Of a DNA stretch of 64,000 nt, positions 14,738-26,572 are shown in pieces. Location: positions 408,642,001 to 408,706,000 of the forward strand of contig OZ024740.1 of assembly GCA_964016885.1 (NCBI GenBank). The letters are read 5' to 3'. The notes beneath the pieces were generated by a model, which searched no databases, had not been told where the DNA came from, and saw nothing but the letters and a program-made list of their open reading frames with translations. The first letter of the stretch is position 1. Each line of letters opens with the position of its first letter. Made by a program: the position numbers and the translations under genes. Origin of the DNA: Eledone cirrhosa (taxonomy: Eukaryota).

Positions 14738-17362
14738 GCAACAACAACCACAGCAACAGCGGCGGCGGCAGTAGTCGTAGTACCAGCAGCAACAACAAAA
14801 GTAACAGCAGCTCTGACGACAACAACAACAGCAGCAAAGAAAAACCAATCTCGTTTGCAGGTATCGCAAAGAACCTGGAAACCATCCTCATAACAAATGA
14901 GGAATTAGAGGAAGCGAAGAAGATGGTGACGAAAACTGGACACCGAACAATCTGCAAGGCAGCCGAAAATTTTTTCGAAACCCAACAACACTGTACGGTC
15001 ACGTACCGTACAGTAAGTACAAAATCCCGTAGGGTTGAAAGAGCCACAGAGGCTCAAATACAAAAAGCCTTAGGGTCTGTGTGGCAACGGAAAACGCATA
15101 TCACCCGAGGCAAGAAATATGCCACCGTGGACGTACTTTTTGCCACACCCCAGGAGGCAAAGGCTCAATCCTTAGTGACCCTAAGGAGCGAGGAAATGGT
15201 GTTGGTGCCCTCCTACTGCGGGCAAAAAATTGTGAGGGTCAAACTGACCCACGTCCCCCCCCCCCCCCCCCCCCCCCGGGATGGCCCCTTCTTGGCTGGC
15301 CGCCTCTGTCCTCGTCGGAATCGAGGACAAAATAACTGCACTGCAAGTACAGAAAAAAGTACGAGAAGATTCGGTCGGCACCTCCATTGAGATGTTAATC
15401 CAAACCAACCAAGAGTGCATCGAAGCTATCCCGGATGTGATAGACTTCGATAACGGCACTCAACTGCCCGTAAGTGTTGAGGGCAAACGCCCGCAATGCT
15501 TTCGCTGTGGATCGAAGACTCACCTCAGGGCCTTCTGCAATGAGAAGACCCTGAGAAAGGAGAAAACCCCCCCTCCTTCCGAAACCGGCTCCACTGCTAC
15601 CAGCAACAGAACAGGCGGCAAGCAGGAAGGATAGGTCCGTGGCACCCATACCCACGCCACGGAAATCAAGAACAGCAGCAGCAGTGGAAGTATTAACAAC
15701 AACAACAGTAATACCAACTGCAGCTGCAACAGAGACTCCACTGCAAACATCACCAACAACAACAAGTGAAAGAGTGGAGCTGGTACCCCTCCCCGACCTC
15801 ACAGAATCGGACATGGAGTGTGAGGTGGGAGAGGGATGGTAAAAGGTCGCAAGAAGGCACAAACGCAGAAGCAGCGCATCGTCGCCTTCGAAAAGGGAGG
15901 AAAGAAATGAAAAAAGGGCAAAGAGACTTACAGCAGCAACACCACCAAAACCATCACCACCCACACTAGCACCACCATCACCACCGGCGGCAACCACACC
16001 GCAAACAACCACAACACCTTCAACACCACCACCACAAGCACCAACATCGCAAACACAACAACAAAACACACACACCCAGCCACAACGACAAGAAAATAGC
16101 AGAACCACACCCCACCCCCAGAAAAACAAATGCACAGCAATAAATACACACAACAAGAAACTAAGGACTTACATAATTGAACACACAGACATTTCACAGC
16201 ACGACTACATAATACCAGCACCAATCAAAGCGCCAACTAACATAAGACTGGTAAGAATAGCACAGAAACAATACACAAACATTAAAACGAAATTCCCCAA
16301 CGCAGTTGGTGATTTCAGAGACCTAGGAGGGACACTCAACCGGAGAGTATATTCGGATACACTCACAGAAGAGCCGACGACCAGCCGAAGGGACGATTCA
16401 ACGGTCCCTTCACCAGACGATCAAGTGAAAAGGGATGGTGAAACCATCCTTCCTCTACGAGAAGTAAGGTAAGTGGCTTTCCCATCTTTTCCACTCCATT
16501 TCAATATGACCTCACTCAGAATAGGCAGCATAAATGCGCGTGGCTTGGGGTCGTCATGGAAGCAGGGCCACCTGCTCAACGACCTCAGGTCACTAAACAT
16601 AGATGTAGTGGCCATCAGCGAGACCAGAATCTCCGAGGCACGGGCCTTTGCACCGATCTTCGGCGGCTACGAAGTGTGCGCATCTCCCAGCCGTCCTGGA
16701 TCGGGGGGAGGAGTTGCTGTGCTTTTTCGGAGAGATTTGGATCTCGCCATACGGGCCATCTTCCTTGACTCAGAAGGTAAGTTGGTGGTGCTGAACGTGA
16801 CCAGCGGAGACGGGCAAGCTTTCAGGCTAGAGGCCGTCTATGCCCCGGCAGGAGCAGCGCGGCCTGATTTCTTCCGGCGTCTGGAGACCTTTCTAGGAAC
16901 GTCTTTAGTGTTAGTGGGCTCTTTAGTGTTAGTGGGCGACTGGAACGGGATCTTAGATGCACGCTGGGACTGTGTGGGATTAGCGGATAGGGGAGGAGGA
17001 TAAAAGAGCCTCACCAACCTGCTCAGGCGTTTTGAACAGTCTGACAGGTACCGATTGGATTTGCCGAATGTGCCAATGTAGACTTGGACAAACCGTATCG
17101 GGTCATCCAGATCATATCTAGATAGAGTATTTTGTATGGAAATAGATAGGTCTAGCATAGGCTGTCCACAATTCAAGAACGGAGAATTCCCAGCTCTGTG
17201 AACCGAGGAGCTGTGGCGCTGCTGAGAAAGGATCCGAACAAGGAGGATAACATAGATAATTTCAGGCCCATAACTCTGCTAAACACAGAGTTCAAGATTT
17301 TTGCCAAGGTGCTAGCAAAGAGGTTGGCGCTTGTCGTTGGTGGTCTGGTGGGAGAAGCGCAA
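14138..17362 (+). mobile_element. L1/Tx1-type LINE: 5'UTR, frameshifted ORF1 with CCHC knuckle, APE endonuclease, internal deletion, RT stub
   Basis: ORF1 from ATG 14353 (Asn/Ser-rich; CFRCGSKTHLRAFC); ORF2 from ATG 16506 (GSINARGL, SETR, YAP, GDWN, SYLDR); jumps at about 17176 to NFRPITLLNTEFKIFAKVLA. Confidence 0.9.
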
Positions 17363-18979
17363 TATTCAATTGTGCTTAGTTTACGTGCTTAAAGGAAGCA
17401 AGCAACACAGTGTTTGTTGACTATTTCTGTTGAACACCTAAAACATGGACAGTTATATTAGTTGGTGGCTCATTTGAGTTAATAACATCAACTATACCTT
17501 AGCAAAAGACCTTGACTTTCCATATGGTTACAATAACTTTGACATTTTATTTTATCTTTAATTCTAGCCTGGTCTTCAATTCTCTGACTTTTTCACGTTT
17601 GGACCCGCCATCTTACAACACAATCTGTACATTCATGTATGTTTTCTTCGTTTCATACTTCTCACACTCTCCTGCGACGATTTTCAAACTCGAAACGATG
17701 CCGAGCGGCTCCTGTGTCGCAACAAACTGAGCGCCTTTTCCCATGGTATTCCTAACAATTAGTATTGCTTCACTTACCTGAACCGTCGATCATTTCACTG
17801 GATGCCGGGCTCTGACCAGTTTAGTACCCTAAACTTGTTTGTAAAGGTATCCCTCCATACAATGAACCATTTCGAAGCGTTCCCAACGCCTCGGCATCAC
17901 TTGGACCGAGTTTTCATCCGTCGGTAACTTCCGACGCCGAGATTACATCCTACTCAAACCCGCTAATGTCAACGTTTTATCATACAGTTAAAACAAACTC
18001 TACGTTTTGAAGACAGGAATGAACACTATAGTATCAAATGGAGAATGCTTGAAATAGCTTGGGCTATATTAAAGAATCCAAGAGATGCCGGGTCTGCACT
18101 ATTGTTCCAAGTCTTCCAAAACCTAGAAATTTCCGCTTCAAAATTCACAACTTGGCCTTATTTCGGGAAGTACTTCTTGTAAACTGGAAAACCTAACTCC
18201 CGGATCATCCACCATTATAGCGAACTGACTCACTGGGTTTAGCGCTTTCTCACTTATGCCTTACATCTTCTAAACGCTTTCTGTCAGCACTTCCCTCCCC
18301 TATTTACCTTCCTAACTCTTATATACCCGCCTAACTAGAAATTTCGGCTCTTCAAAATTGTTTTCCTTTTCTCCTCAAATATATATATTAGTTCAATAAT
18401 GATCATGATTCACTATATCGCTTTCCTGATTTCATCGCTATCTGTGATCTTTCAGGCAACATAAACATAAAGGGATGATCGTGGTGAGGGTATTCAGGAA
18501 CTCCCAACACATCGAATTATTTGCTCCTCAAAATTCAACTTTGGTCAGGGGATAATAGTTTGAGCGCACATCAACGTGCGGCTAACAGACTGTTGATGGA
18601 TAAGAGGAACTTTGCAGAAATCTCTATTTTTCTTATCACTTGTGACGTTTTTTGCTACAATGTGATAGTTGCTTGGGTGAAAGTATACGCTGTAATGTTC
18701 TACAGCGGAAAATCATTTATATGAGTGAGTGTAAAGATGGTTATCCGATCTGTAATTTGAATTTTTGGTAGGTATTTGTTCATATGCCTACGTAATGACA
18801 AATGTTTCGTAAAGGCATTTGGGTGCAGAGTAAAAATAGCACCTTGATATAACATTGAAAAGAACTCTAAAAGATCCACCGAGAATATATTCATAACCAG
18901 GCATACAGACCACAATCACACTTTTAGAACTAGGCATAGTGTCAATAATTCTTTTAGACATAGAAATTGTTTCAATACG

Positions 18980-19112
18980 CATGGAAACCGAAGGAAAGTG
19001 GAAGATACAACAACCCTATGAGCTGGAGAATTGTTGAGACTGCAACACCATATCCCAATAGATCAAAACAATGCAATTTATGTCTGGCTGAGAAACGTAA
19101 CATCTTAATACA
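18980..19112 (+). pseudogene. PLE GIY-YIG C-terminal fragment of the same type as 7077-7373
   Basis: SWRIVETATPYPNRSKQCNLCLAEKRNIL resembles QWEVVGRVASYKQPNTFCNLCLLETHTII. Confidence 0.65.
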
Positions 19113-19606
19113 ACCTTTAAGAAATTTAACCGGAATTGCATTTATGTACAAGAACCTAAGAAATATTGGGATTGCCAATTGGATAACGATCCCTACTACT
19201 ACCCACATAGTGTTGCAGCACCAATATGGCTGCGAAATTCCTTTATATAGCACTTTATTGAATACTTGACCATTATTAATTCTCCCATGGTACTAAAAAA
19301 TGTACTATTTCTACAAATCCCGATTACTCATCAACAGACTGTTAGACACACATAGCTGCATGCTCATCAGACTAAAGTTGACATGAATAATTCGTGTTTG
19401 GTCTTCCTAAATCCCCTAATTGTTATTATTTGTTCATCCTTTTGCCGCCTGAAGTTCTGCACATAAGTGTGAATCTCTGGGAAGAGACGAAGGGAGTCAT
19501 CAACTTCGAACGAAGTATTGAGTACTCTTTCTCTCATTTGTACATCAAAACTATATTTTTTACATGCAAATGATACGATCTCACACAAGCATCCGTATTA
19601 TTTGTT

Positions 19607-19795
19607 GGTGGATTGGCAGTATCGGTAGAGGGTCGGTCACCATGCTTTGCAGCACAGAGTTACGGTCCCTTACGGTTTGAGTTCAAATCCCGCCGTGGTT
19701 AACTTTGCCTTTCATTCTTACGGCGTCGATAAAATAAAGTACCAGTAATGCACTGGAATAATTGCTGGCCTTGTGCCAAAAGTAGAAACAATTAT
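19607..19795 (+). mobile_element. tRNA-derived SINE
   Basis: Near full-length match to 6388-6577. Confidence 0.9.
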
Positions 19796-19796
19796 T

Positions 19797-20085
19797 TGTC
19801 GGTGTCAGTACTGTCTTCTTTTATACATAGTTTTTCTTTCAACTCATCTGTACTTGGTCTTTCAAGTACATTAACGTTACACACCCAGTAAAACATGCTT
19901 GTTTCCTTTCTTTCCAGACTTTGTACATCTTCTGCATTCAGTTTTCCTGTCTCACTACCATGCAACATTGCACTACACACACGAGTATTGTACAATGTAA
20001 TGTTTGCTCGGAGAGAGAATCCCTTTGTACCAGCAGGTGCAATAGCTCCTTGAATATTTTCCACTCTATTCTTATTCTACCGTCT
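19797..20085 (-). pseudogene. RTE-clade LINE C-terminal fragment
   Basis: LYNTRVCSAMLHGSET.KLNAEDVQSLERKETSMFYWVCNV matches the RTE post-RT motif (LYGSETW...LER.E..M.RW). Confidence 0.65.
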
Positions 20086-20149
20086 GTGCTCTCAGAGCAC
20101 CCATCACGACTTTATGTGTGTGTGTGTGTGAAAGATATACATATATACG

Positions 20150-20752
20150 TATTAGAATTGGTGCTCTGAAATAGCCATATATATATGAAGGTATATATAG
20201 TGTATTTTGCAATACACTTTATGCTTAATTAAAAGCATTTCGAAGACCTTATGCTATTGTTTTAGAGTAGTGACAGACTCACTTACTTTAATTTCAGCAA
20301 ACAGGGGGAGATAAAGTTGACAAGGCCTTGTTTCTGCATTTATTGATGCTTATCAAAGCCAACTACTCCTCCCATCTGCTGAAGTCATGCATAAAGTGTA
20401 TTGCAAAATACACTATATATACATTCATATATATATGGCTATTTCAGAGCACCAATTCTAATTTTTAATTTCTGCTTGACTGGCAACCGCTCTGTATAAT
20501 CAGTTCCTGATTATTTACTAGAATTCTATAATAACCAAACATCCATTATTTCAGCAGACGGGAGGAGTAGTTGGCTTTGATAAGCATCAATAAATGCAGA
20601 AACAAGGCCTTGTCAGCTTTATCTCCCCCTGTTTGCTGAAATTAAAGTAAGTGAGTCTGTCACTACTCTAAAACAATAGCATAAGGTCTTCGAAATGCTT
20701 TTAATTAAGCATAAAGTGTATTGCAAAATACACTATATATACATTCATATAT
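20150..20752. mobile_element. Non-coding hammerhead-bearing element: about 320-bp + unit with terminal redundancy, preceded by an inverted partial copy
   Basis: 20389-20432 repeats at 20709-20752; 20150-20383 is an inverted copy; hammerhead-like motifs at 20550-20640 (+) and 20293-20383 (-); homologous to 34150-35020. Confidence 0.75.
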
Positions 20753-20808
20753 ACGTATATATATATTCGACAGCTATATATATATATATATTGGGGTCAT
20801 ACTTGTTC

Positions 20809-20868
<60 letters not shown>

Positions 20869-20874
<6 letters not shown>

Positions 20875-22003
20875 AAAAAAGATGAAATCGAAAATACAAC
20901 TGGAGTCTTTTTTTTTTTAAATATATATTTATTTGGTTCCTTTACCGGTTTCGCAGTTCTTCTGCTTTTCAAAAGTATAGTTGAGATGGAGGGTTTGTGG
21001 TTTTTCTCACATCTGGTTGGTCTTTGAATGTTACTTCTGTTTTATATGGAAAAAAGTGGCTCGAAATGCCAGGTTTTTAGAGAAGTAATTTGATTGGTTG
21101 GTGAATAAGTATAATAAATTTCGCGCCAGTTCGCGTTACAAAGTTCTTCAAACAAAGGGGGGCTCAGGTTGTTTTTTTCATATATGAGGGAAGTTTGGCT
21201 GGTTGATGCAGTCACGTGAATAACCACATCAGCTTTCGCACCAGTTTGGGTTTGAATTTCTTTTTACAAATGTAATTTGATTGGTTATAAATGAAATTAT
21301 GACTGTCACGTGAACAAGTGCATTAAATTTCGCGCCCGTATTTTGTAATTTTTTTATAGCCATTTAGAGCATTTTGTGCCAAACAAAAGATAATGGTCAA
21401 GAAAAATTCTCTAAATGGCTATAAAAAAAATTCCAAAATACGGGCGCAAAATTTAATGCACTTGTTCACGTGACAGTTATAATTTTATTTATAACCAATC
21501 AAATTACATTTATAAAAAAAAAAGCGTTCGTGAGCCACTTTTTTTTAAGTAAAAAGAAATTCAAACACAAACTGGCGCGAAAGCTGATGTGCTTATTCAC
21601 GTGACTGCATCAACCAACCAAACTTCACTCATATATGAAAAAACAACCTGAGCCCCACCTTTGTTTGAAGAACTTTGTAACGCGAACTGGCGCGAATTTA
21701 TTATACTTATTCACCAACCAACCAAATTACTTCTCTAAAAACCTCGCATTTCGAACCACTTTTTTCCATATAAAACAAAAGTAACATTCAAAGACCAACC
21801 AGATGTGAGAAAAACCACAGACCCTCCATCTCAACTCTACTTTTGAAAAGCAGAAGAACTGCGAAACTGGTAAAGGAAACAAATAAATATATATTTAAAA
21901 AAAAAAAGACTCCAGTTGCATTTTCTATTTCATCTCTTTTCTTTATACTTTCACTCGTGTAGGACACCTCGGTTATTTTTCATTTTGTAAAAAAAAACCT
22001 CAC

Positions 22004-22010
<7 letters not shown>
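20869..22010. mobile_element. About 1.08-kb inverted duplication of a Penelope-type pseudo-LTR with a minimal hammerhead in each arm
   Basis: 20869-21375 is the reverse complement of 21403-21947; motif CTT-TTGAAAA-GCAGaagaaCTGC-GAAA-C(C/T)GG-TA-AAG at 21840-21875 (+) and 20940-20975 (-); embedded in (TA)n. Confidence 0.75.
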
Positions 22011-22045
<35 letters not shown>

Positions 22046-22239
22046 CTGTCGAAACGACCGGAGCTCAGCCGTCGGGGTAGTCCTGACTCTTTAGAGAGAG
22101 AGATGGAAAAAACCTACTGCCTTCTGAAACTGCATTAAACTACAGTGGGTAGCTGAAGAGGGGTTATTTATTTTATGTCTGTACTCCTTGTGTCGCCAAT
22201 GTTTTATATATATTTCCTTGACTTTTGTGCTCATTTTGC

Positions 22240-22274
<35 letters not shown>

Positions 22275-23170
22275 GTACTGCAGTACATTCATCATCATCA
22301 TCAACAGCAAGAGCCACAAAAAATAACCAAAAGGAAATCAAATATGCCTCTCCTCTAATATCAGAAACAAACAGTTTGACTATAAAAATTAAATCCTTCC
22401 CGCCCCCTCTTCGTTACATTAGCCATTTCCTAATCATTTTGCCTTGTTTTGTGATTTTTGAAAGATTTTATTTAAATTTATGAGACTTTCTTTTAAATCT
22501 CCGGTATACAAGATCGGGTTTCCTTACCCAAGTATTCATGAAATATTACAGTAATGGTTGTAACGACAGATGTAGCTGTAGTTGGTAGACTCAAGAAGAA
22601 AATTGTGGCTAGAAAGAAGTACGACTTGCAAATAAGATATGCATGGTTGGTGTTTATAAGTTGTGTAAAAGGCATACGAGATGTAACGAAATGTATTTAG
22701 TACTTATCGTTCTCCTGTCTTGTGAAAACATTCAGTTTTTATCTTTCCAACACGGCTGTATCTTCTTCACCTTCTACTTCTTCCTCTAATTCGTTTTTCT
22801 TCAACCAGTTTTTTCATAACTTTTATTTATTTTCTTTCTTTAATGGTTTCCGCTATTGTGTTGCGACCACGCTGGGGCATTGACATTAAGTGTATTATCG
22901 ATTATATCAACATCCAGTATATATAGTGCTACTGTTTTATGGACCTTGGAAGGAAGAACGACAATGTTGTTCTGGGTGAAATTTAAATTCAGAACGTAGA
23001 ATGATATAAAAATGTCATAAGGTATTCTCTCCGACGTTCCGTTGATTCTACCATCTACCACACACCCAACCTTAATTTCATCATGTCTTTACTTTTTTCC
23101 ACTTCCTTTATCTTATTCTTACACCTTCTTCTTCTTCTTCTTCCACGTTCTTCTTCTATTATTAGTATCT

Positions 23171-23797
23171 AGAGTGATGGATTGGCAGTATCGGTAGAGG
23201 GTCGGACGCTATGCTTTGCAGCATAGAGTTATGGCCCTTTATGATCTGAGTTCAAATCCCGCCGAGGTTAACTTTGCCTTTCATCCTTACGGGGTCGATA
23301 AAATAAAGTAGCAGTCACGCACTGGAGTCGATTTAATCGACTTTCCCCTCCCCCAAACTTGCTGGCCTTGTGCCTATATAAGAAACCAATATCGATAGAG
23401 GGTCGGATGCTATGCTTTGCAGCATAGAGTTACAGACCTTTACGGTCTGAGTTCAAATCCCGCCGAGGTTAACTTTGCCTTTCATCCTTATAGGGTCGTA
23501 AAATAAAGTAGCAGTCACGCACTGGAGTCGATTTAATCGACTTTCCCCTCCCCCAAACTTGCTGGCCTTGTGCCTATATAAGAAACCAATATCGATAGAG
23601 GGTCGGATGCTATGCTTTGCAGCATAGAGTTACAGACCTTTACGGTCTGAGTTCAAATCCCGCCGAGGTTAACTTTGCCTTTCATCCTTACGAGGTCGAT
23701 AAAATAAAGTACCAGTAATGCACTGGGGTCGATTTAATCGACTTTCCCCTCCCCTTAAAAAAAATGCTGGTCTTGTGCCTAAAGTAGAAACAATTAC
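23171..23797 (+). mobile_element. Head-to-tail trimer of the tRNA-derived SINE
   Basis: Three B-box/core/tail units at about 200-bp period. Confidence 0.9.
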
Positions 23798-23799
23798 TA

Positions 23800-25385
23800 T
23801 TCGTTGCTTCGTGTCTCGACACAACTTGTTACAGATCATTCGGAAGTTTAGAAGTTTTACAGCTGATTTTCAAACGTGTCTTTTTTTGTCTTATTTTGTA
23901 GTTAGAAATATCACGTTCCTTGTGAGTCAGCTGGTTTTCCTGTGTAGTCCTTAAAGGCTAAATCTGTGATTAATTTTCAAATGCATAAGAAGAAGATAAA
24001 AATGATTTCCCAACATTGCAAAAATTTGACACCAACACAACCAGAAATACAAACATTACCACCACCACCATCACTTTAACAACAACAAATATTACAGCAA
24101 CAAACAAACAATAAATTACAGTGGCAAGAACAATAAAGACAACACAAGCGTCTGCAACATGAACAACAATAATACCAGATTGGAGCGTCTGGTTTCTCAC
24201 TTCATGTGGAAGGATACAGGTTCCACTTGTCAAACGGTCCACTTGCTGCAAACATTCTTTGTGTGGAAGGTCTGGCAGCATATCGTGGCTGAGGATGTGC
24301 AAACAAGCACTGTGGCAACGCATTTGCAGATATTCGTAAACAGTGAACGGGTGTGGTCTCACTTTGTCAGGCACATCTTTCCGCAGCTCGTCTTTATGAC
24401 TAAGATGCAGTTTGGGGTCAAGCGAAGACCGAAACTGGTCACCGGGCATCAGGAATGTTGTCGGGTGCTCACAGCCCTCTACCAATTGGGTAATGTGGTC
24501 AGAGAAACTTCCACGCTATCGTTCTATAAAGGACATATGGGCAAGAGCGATGATGTTCTCGGAGAAACTCTAAGCGTCGACAAGAACGAACTAACCGGTC
24601 TGTTCGAGAGAGCTTTCGGTCCGGGGATTGTGGACAATTTCCAGAAATTCCTGGTCTGGCAGTGCCACCAGAGGGCACTACCGATTCGAGACAAACTCTA
24701 CTATCACGGAAGTTATGAAAGAAGTCGACGAAGAATTTGAAGAAGTAGAAATAGAAGGCAAAGAAGATACAGCCGTGTTGGAAAGATAAAAACTGAATGC
24801 TTTCGCAAGACAGGATTGAGAACGTCTGTGATGTGCGCAGACCGATGAAACCGTCCAGCATTGCGGATGTGTGGAGTTTTGTTTAACAGCTCTTGTCGCC
24901 TATAGGACAGATTCGGCTATCAGCCAACTCCATCATGAAAATCACTCCGCTGCCTTCTTTTGGTCAGGAAGAGCAAGCAGCTTTCCTCTCTGTTGGTTGT
25001 GGTTAAAGAAGTTGTGCGATGAACGCCACTGAAAAGACTGAAGACATTCCTCACTGGCCTAGCCCTCATCGACTTTTTCAAATTCCACTTGGAAAGAAAA
25101 GTGAGGGTGGAGAGGGGAGTGCTTCCTCCACTCCCAGTATATTTGTTAAAGGTGTGTGAATGTAGTCAGGATGACCCGAGTGAATGGGTCTAATCTAAGT
25201 AGGTGCCAGTGAGCTGGAGAGTTCAGAGTGGAGAGGTCTTCTTGACGATCGAGGTAATTTCAGATCTGTGGGGTTCATAAATTACCCTTGGATGATGCTC
25301 CCCTCTATTGGGCGATTATAGTGTTAATGTTTCTTGTTACCTTCTTATCTGGATTTTTTTCTTTTCATTTGTATTCTCCTTTGTG
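23800..25385 (+). mobile_element. Internally deleted, decayed L1/Tx1-type LINE (putative 5'UTR and ORF1 start joined to ORF2 3' part)
   Basis: Asn/Thr-rich stretch 24000-24175, then RLERLVSHFMWK...VWSHFVRHIFPQLV...WQCHQRALPIRDKLY, homologous to 55200-56170. Confidence 0.75.
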
Positions 25386-25388
25386 TTT

Positions 25389-25565
25389 GTCGGTAGAGCG
25401 TCAGATGAAATTCTTTGCGGCATAGTGTTACGCCCCTTTATGATCTGAGTTCAAATCCCGCCGAGATCAACTTTGCCTTTCATCCTTACGAGGTCGATAA
25501 AATAAAGTAACCAGTAATGTACTGGATAATTGCTGACCTTGTGCCAAAAGTAGAAACAATTATTT
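25389..25565 (+). mobile_element. tRNA-derived SINE
   Basis: B-box, core and tail present. Confidence 0.85.
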
Positions 25566-26100
25566 TGTTTCTCTTTACGACGGACTTATTGGTTTGTTGT
25601 TTTTAAGTTATTTTGAATTACTATTTGTGGAATATTTTTGTTGTTAACTGTAAATAAGTCACTATAAATTACTTTTTGACAAGGACACTCCATAATATTT
25701 GGCCCGAAGGCCGAACTATTTGAACTTAATTCTTTTGAAAAAATTTTCTGACAAAACAAAAATTATGTACGAAATACGCCCCTCAAAGGTAAGCCAGCTG
25801 TCACGTGACAACGGCTCAAACGTTGAGAAGAATGAGACTGCCCCCACAACCCCCACCATCATCAACAATGTTACCACCACACGCAGAGTCGCTGACAACA
25901 ACAACAACAATAACCAAAATGTATCTAGTGTTGCAACTGCAAACGAAATAGATTTTCCATCTTTGCCAATATTTACCTTTGTGAACGCTGCCATCTCCAC
26001 CACCACAACGACAGCTAGCACCTCCAACACCACTAATACCACCACTACAACAACTCCACCACAACAACAACACCACCACAACGACAGCAAACACCTCCAA
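25566..26100 (+). mobile_element. 5'UTR and ORF1 start of an L1/Tx1-type LINE
   Basis: ATAATATTTGGCCCGAAGGCCGAACTATTTGAAC resembles the 5'UTR of the 60.7 kb copy; MYEIRPSKVSQLSRDN..NVEK resembles MAEPRPPAICLLSCDNDVEVER. Confidence 0.7.
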
Positions 26101-26572
26101 TACCCCAATAACACTAATATCACCACCACCAAACCTCCACTCCCACCACCACGACCAAAACACCACCACCACTACGACCAAAACACCGCCACCACCACCA
26201 AAGCACCACCACCACCACCAGCACAACTAAAGCACCACCACCACCACCAAAATACCACCACCACCACCAAAGCACCACCACCACCAAAACACCACCACCA
26301 AAACACCACCACCAAAACACCACCACCACCACGACCAAAACACCGCCACCACCACCAAAACTCCACCACCACCAGCACAACCAAAGCACCACCACCACCA
26401 CCACAACCACCACCAAAACACCACCACCACCACCAAAGCACCACCACCACCACCACCAAAGCACCACCACCAAAACACCACCACCACCACCACCACCAAA
26501 GCACCACCACCAAAACACCACCACCACCACCAAAGCACCACCACCAAAACACCACCACCACCACCACCAAAG
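26040..26572. repeat. Compound (CAC)n-AAA minisatellite expansion
   Basis: Directly visible. Confidence 0.95.

Noticed and set aside
19325-19378. CTGATGA plus hairpin on the minus strand
   Set aside because: GAAA is replaced by CTAA; cannot be supported as a ribozyme
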